A stretch of 63,998 bases of DNA, the filler included, from Octopus bimaculoides (taxonomy: Eukaryota), in assembly GCF_001194135.2 (NCBI RefSeq). It is 4 parts of 4 records of this genome, joined end to end, with 100 filler letters (N's around TTAATTAATTAA, not from the genome) between each part and the next. Parts side by side here need not be neighbours in the genome. Positions count along the whole stretch, not along the records: positions 48,999 to 62,803 come from NC_069006.1; positions 62,904 to 63,998 come from NC_069002.1; 2 more parts are not named here. One strand, given 5' to 3'. How positions within the stretch are numbered: the stretch's first letter is position 1; the number at the start of each line of letters is the position of its first letter. Under the pieces are notes generated by a model. That model did no database searches. It was not told the origin of the DNA and worked only from the letters and a program-made list of their open reading frames with translations. Positions 60,159 through 63,998 of this stretch are shown here, one piece after another. Position numbers and translations under genes: made by a program.

Positions 60159-62750
60159 CGTATATATGTATATGAAGGAAAATGTTCTCTATGTGGCCTG
60201 TGTGTTCTGTACTCTGGTTATTATTATTTTTTGTCTACGTTTTGTTTGCATTGTCCTGTACCCAGATATGCACCTATATATACAGGTAGACGTAGGCATG
60301 CACATACCTGTACGTATATATGCATATACTCATTTATTATTTGTTTTATATATNNNNNNNNNNNNNNNNNNNNNNNNNNNNNNNNNNNNNNNNNNNNNNN
60401 NNNNNNNNNNNNNNNNNNNNNNNNNNNNNNATATATATATATATATATATATACATTCACAGACAAATATGGTCTTTATAGAGGCAATCACTTGTAACTT
60501 TCATACACTTGTATGAGCATATATACGCTACTACAAATGTACATACATGCATATATACATTCATATATTTAAACACCTCTCAATCTATGTATCTGTTTGT
60601 CTGTCTGTATGTCTATCAAAATATCTGCATACCAAAGTATCCACACACTGCTGTAAAGGCGGATGCATCCACAACCATACGCACGTACATACAAGAGCTC
60701 ATGCAATCATGCATACACATAACTAGAAAATATTGAATTGACTAGAAGCGATGGTTAAATTTGAAGCCATTAGAAACAGGCCGGTAGCAATTAAACGCCG
60801 CCGCCATATTTTCTTATATTTTCTTCATTATATTTCTCTTTCTTTCTTTCACATATTCACATCTTTCTGCTGTTTCGTTTTATTGTTTTCCCAGTTTGTG
60901 TATTTGAACAAATATGAGTTAAGATCAATTTAGAAAATTAATAATAACACGACATCTTTTCCTCTTTATCACCCTCCACCGTTTTCGATTAAATTATTCG
61001 AAAAATGAAAACTTGAAGTATAACAACCCACCACCGCAGCACCACCCCTCTCCCTTATCGCCACCTCCTCCGCTTTTCTTACCCTCTACACATCCTCATA
61101 TCCCCCAGCTTTTCATCTCATTCAGCTACTCTTCCACCTCTTGTCTTTGTTTATTCACATAATTGTATCGAATTTTTATTTCATTTAGAAATTTCGTAAC
61201 AACATAAAATGTAAATATTTTGAATAATTTACCTTTGTTTGAAAAATACTTACATACACTCGCTCGCCTAAACAAACACTGCCCTTAGAAATGTGTGCAC
61301 ACTCACATACACAGCCACATACATACGCATATGTATAAATATATATGTATATCTATATACCTATATCTATCAATATAAATGTATATTATGCATATTGTAG
61401 CTATAAGTTCGTATATAAATATTAATATATATATACGAACTCATAAAGATATATGTATAATATACATATGTATAGAAACGAGACATAAGTTATACGTATA
61501 TAAGATATGTCTTCTTCCTAACGTTTCCTTACACACACACACGCACGCACACACACAACATATAATCGGCCTATATTTTCTCTCTATTCTTCTTTTTGCA
61601 GATGAAGGATTTAAATCCGAAAGGTCAAAATTCATTCTTTTCTCCTTTAAAGTGTGAAATAAATACTTTATCAATTTTGTGTTGCTTTCGTTACTCTGTT
61701 TGGTGTTTCTTTCACGAATCGAGAAGATTTATTCCATAATATTCTTTTTCAGTTCTCCGTGCATAGCGTATCTCAGCCTTTTGTAATCCTGATGAGAGTC
61801 CATCTTCTTCATTTGGGTTTCCATCCATTTGTCTTCCAAATACTTGGTAATTTCACACCACCCACTTACTGAAATTTATCTCTTTTTAACATTAATACAA
61901 TTTTTATCCCAAATTCCATTTTAATGTCCGTATTAGAAGAATTCACAGCATGAATCAGAGAGTTCAGCTGATTTTTGTTTTCCCCATAAAACTTCAAGTC
62001 CTCCTTAAAAATGTCGATGGCTGATCCTATTTTCATTTCTTTAAACTCTTACCGAACTTTCGTAATATACACAAGACAAAAAACAATGTTAAACAAAGAA
62101 TCTTCTGGAAGGATTCCATGTTTGATTTTCACTCCCTTCCGAATTCGTTTGCTTCTCTGGCAAAAGAGCCGCACGTTCTGGAAAGCTATATTTTACATCC
62201 GCTACGAGGCCAGAGTTAAGTTCCGCACGTGTTAGGCCTATAATTACTGACATCCAAATAAACTGAGTTCCAATTCCTCAACGGTCGACTTTACATTTTT
62301 ATCCTTTTGGGAACGGTAAAATAAAGTATCACTCAGCTATGCGGGTGAATGTAAGAACCTTCTCATTGCTGCAGTTGCTGTTTTATTTCTAAAACAAATG
62401 TCCAAGCAGCCTTCGGTCATCTGTTTATGATGCTATGGCGTGATTTGAGCGAATTTGGTCGCGATTTCTAACATATCTAGAGCTTAAATCGAGACTAAGA
62501 GAGTTGTTACTAACGTTATTGTTGATTATATTGATAAAACTGTGGCTGGCGTCGCTGCTGTTGTTGCTGTTGTAGTTATTGATGCAATTGTTATTTTCAA
62601 AATAAACTGCAGAAAAAATGTTTTACACAACCTGCCTCTAATCGGATGGCGTGTTAATTGCCTCCCTTGGTTGTGTGGCGGGGGAGGTGTTCTTACAGTT
62701 GTTTTTGTTGTTGGAGAACAAGGTAGAAGCAACTGGTGTATATATATATA

Positions 62751-62803
<53 letters not shown>

Positions 62804-62903
62804 NNNNNNNNNNNNNNNNNNNNNNNNNNNNNNNNNNNNNNNNNNNNTTAATTAATTAANNNNNNNNNNNNNNNNNNNNNNNNNNNNNNNNNNNNNNNNN
62901 NNN
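62804..62903. other. Artificial assembly linker N44-TTAATTAATTAA-N44
   Basis: Identical 100-bp spacer. Confidence 0.9.
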
Positions 62904-63041
62904 GCTCAGTTCACATCCTTGCTCGAATTCGTTGTACCTTCTCTTGAATTTCCTATGAAAAAAATAGTATCGGCTTACGAATGCTTCGTGTGATGAACAG
63001 CCTTCAGGAACGAAGTAAATTCGTAAACCGAGATTTCAATG

Positions 63042-63262
63042 TACGAGAGTGTGCTGAAAAGTAACTAGTTTTAATGATATTGCAAAAGGCTTGGTTTGAG
63101 GCTCAACATTTCAAGTTCTTTTGCAGGACTTAGAAAAACTGAAGAGCCACTGCAATACATGTGTGAATCTGAGAGGGGAATATGTTGGATAAAATCATAA
63201 TTAAATGATCCTCCTGTATTTTCTTTTACCTGAAGCTAGGAACTTTTCATCACCCCCTCACA
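63042..63262 (+). mobile_element. Mariner-derived MITE retaining the transposase C-terminus
   Basis: TIR-like ends tacgagagtgtgctgaaaagt / acttttcatcaccccctca. Internal LKSHCNTCVNLRGEYVG* resembles the mariner R-W-x-KC-x4-G-x-Y-x-E terminus. Confidence 0.65.
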
Positions 63263-63416
63263 TGTTATGGAAACATTAGCCAACACTCGTTTTGGTTAAG
63301 GGTTAAACCTATTTTGGTATCACTGAATTAAATAGACCATCAGTTTTGCTAAATCCGCTTTAATTTGGAATAGACAGCATATCCCTTTACAATAAGTTCT
63401 TAGGCTTAGGTAAGTA

Positions 63417-63726
63417 TGTACTATCACAGAAGTCACCTGACCTCTCGATGAGAATATCTCTTCGAAAATCAAGGAGAAAGAAGATAACTATGGACAACTT
63501 CTTCGAAACCTCCAGCTTCTATATCTGGATTACAAATTTACATTTCTACCGATGATAATTGGTACAGTTGGTTTTGTGAGTACTAACGATTCTGCCAGCT
63601 CGCCCCTGAGTGACAATAAGCTTGGATTTTCAGAAAAAGAAATCAATCAATAAACTCGCACGTTGCAAATACAATCTGTTAGAGGAACAGTGAAAACTAT
63701 GCAAGATTTTCCCAAGTTTAAAATGA
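63417..63726 (+). mobile_element. Degraded restriction-like endonuclease (RLE) C-terminus of an R2/R4/NeSL-type non-LTR retrotransposon
   Basis: CTITEVT*PLDENISSKIKEKEDNYGQLLRNLQLLY..FLPMIIGTVGFV..KLGFSEKEI..LQIQSVRGTVK, fitting the E-x3-P-x-D..EK-x2-Y..P-x2-IG pattern. A short SINE A head is inserted near 63582-63603. Confidence 0.65.
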
Positions 63727-63804
63727 GACATTCTTTTCCTTATCTACATTCCAACAATGAGCCTTCTTCAGAGCAAGAATTTAAACAATTATATATATAT
63801 ATAT

Positions 63805-63845
<41 letters not shown>

Positions 63846-63998
63846 GGAGAATTGCTGCTACTGCTGCTAAACCAAACTCCGAGCAGTTTAAATAAAATAA
63901 CGAAATCGGTGTAACTAGATATTTTTGGGACTGCTTCCTTCTGAGGATGTAAAACTTTCTGTATTGTTAGAACCTTTCTTTATTTTCCTTTTCTTATT

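Noticed and set aside
61745-61875. Coding-like minus-strand stretch (SGWCEITKYLEDKWMETQMKK...)
   Set aside because: Short, and I could not assign it to any family or find exon boundaries. Possibly a retroelement relic, but unsupported.
2163-63914. Numerous ORFs made of X runs or IY/VC/HT/LS/poly-I/poly-N repeats
   Set aside because: They arise from N gaps and microsatellites, with no domain signal or splice support.

Overview
Eukaryotic, AT-rich, microsatellite-dense genomic DNA with many N gaps. The repeat content is consistent with an octopod cephalopod draft assembly (inference from repeat style, not verified). Three identical artificial linkers (N44-TTAATTAATTAA-N44 at 28611-28710, 48899-48998, 62804-62903) suggest up to four separately assembled pieces. 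The only supportable protein-coding gene is on the + strand at 609-11779: seven GT-AG exons with compatible phases (about 1317 codons in window, 5' end upstream of the window). It encodes a class C (mGluR-like) GPCR with an unusual architecture: two tandem Venus flytrap (VFT/ANF_receptor) domains, each followed by a 3-Cys mini-linker instead of the nine-cysteine domain, then a divergent 7TM and a short Tyr-rich tail. Both VFTs keep the alpha-amino-acid anchor residues but lack the glutamate-selective Arg/Lys. The rest is repeats: four tRNA-headed SINE families (labelled A-D here), LINE relics (L1/Tx1-like, RTE-like, RLE-type), a fold-back mariner derivative, mariner MITEs, a TIR element with a CCCTAA core, a palindromic element family in TA microsatellites, a pre-miRNA-sized hairpin and a degenerate hammerhead-like motif. 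Repeat boundaries are approximate, read by eye.
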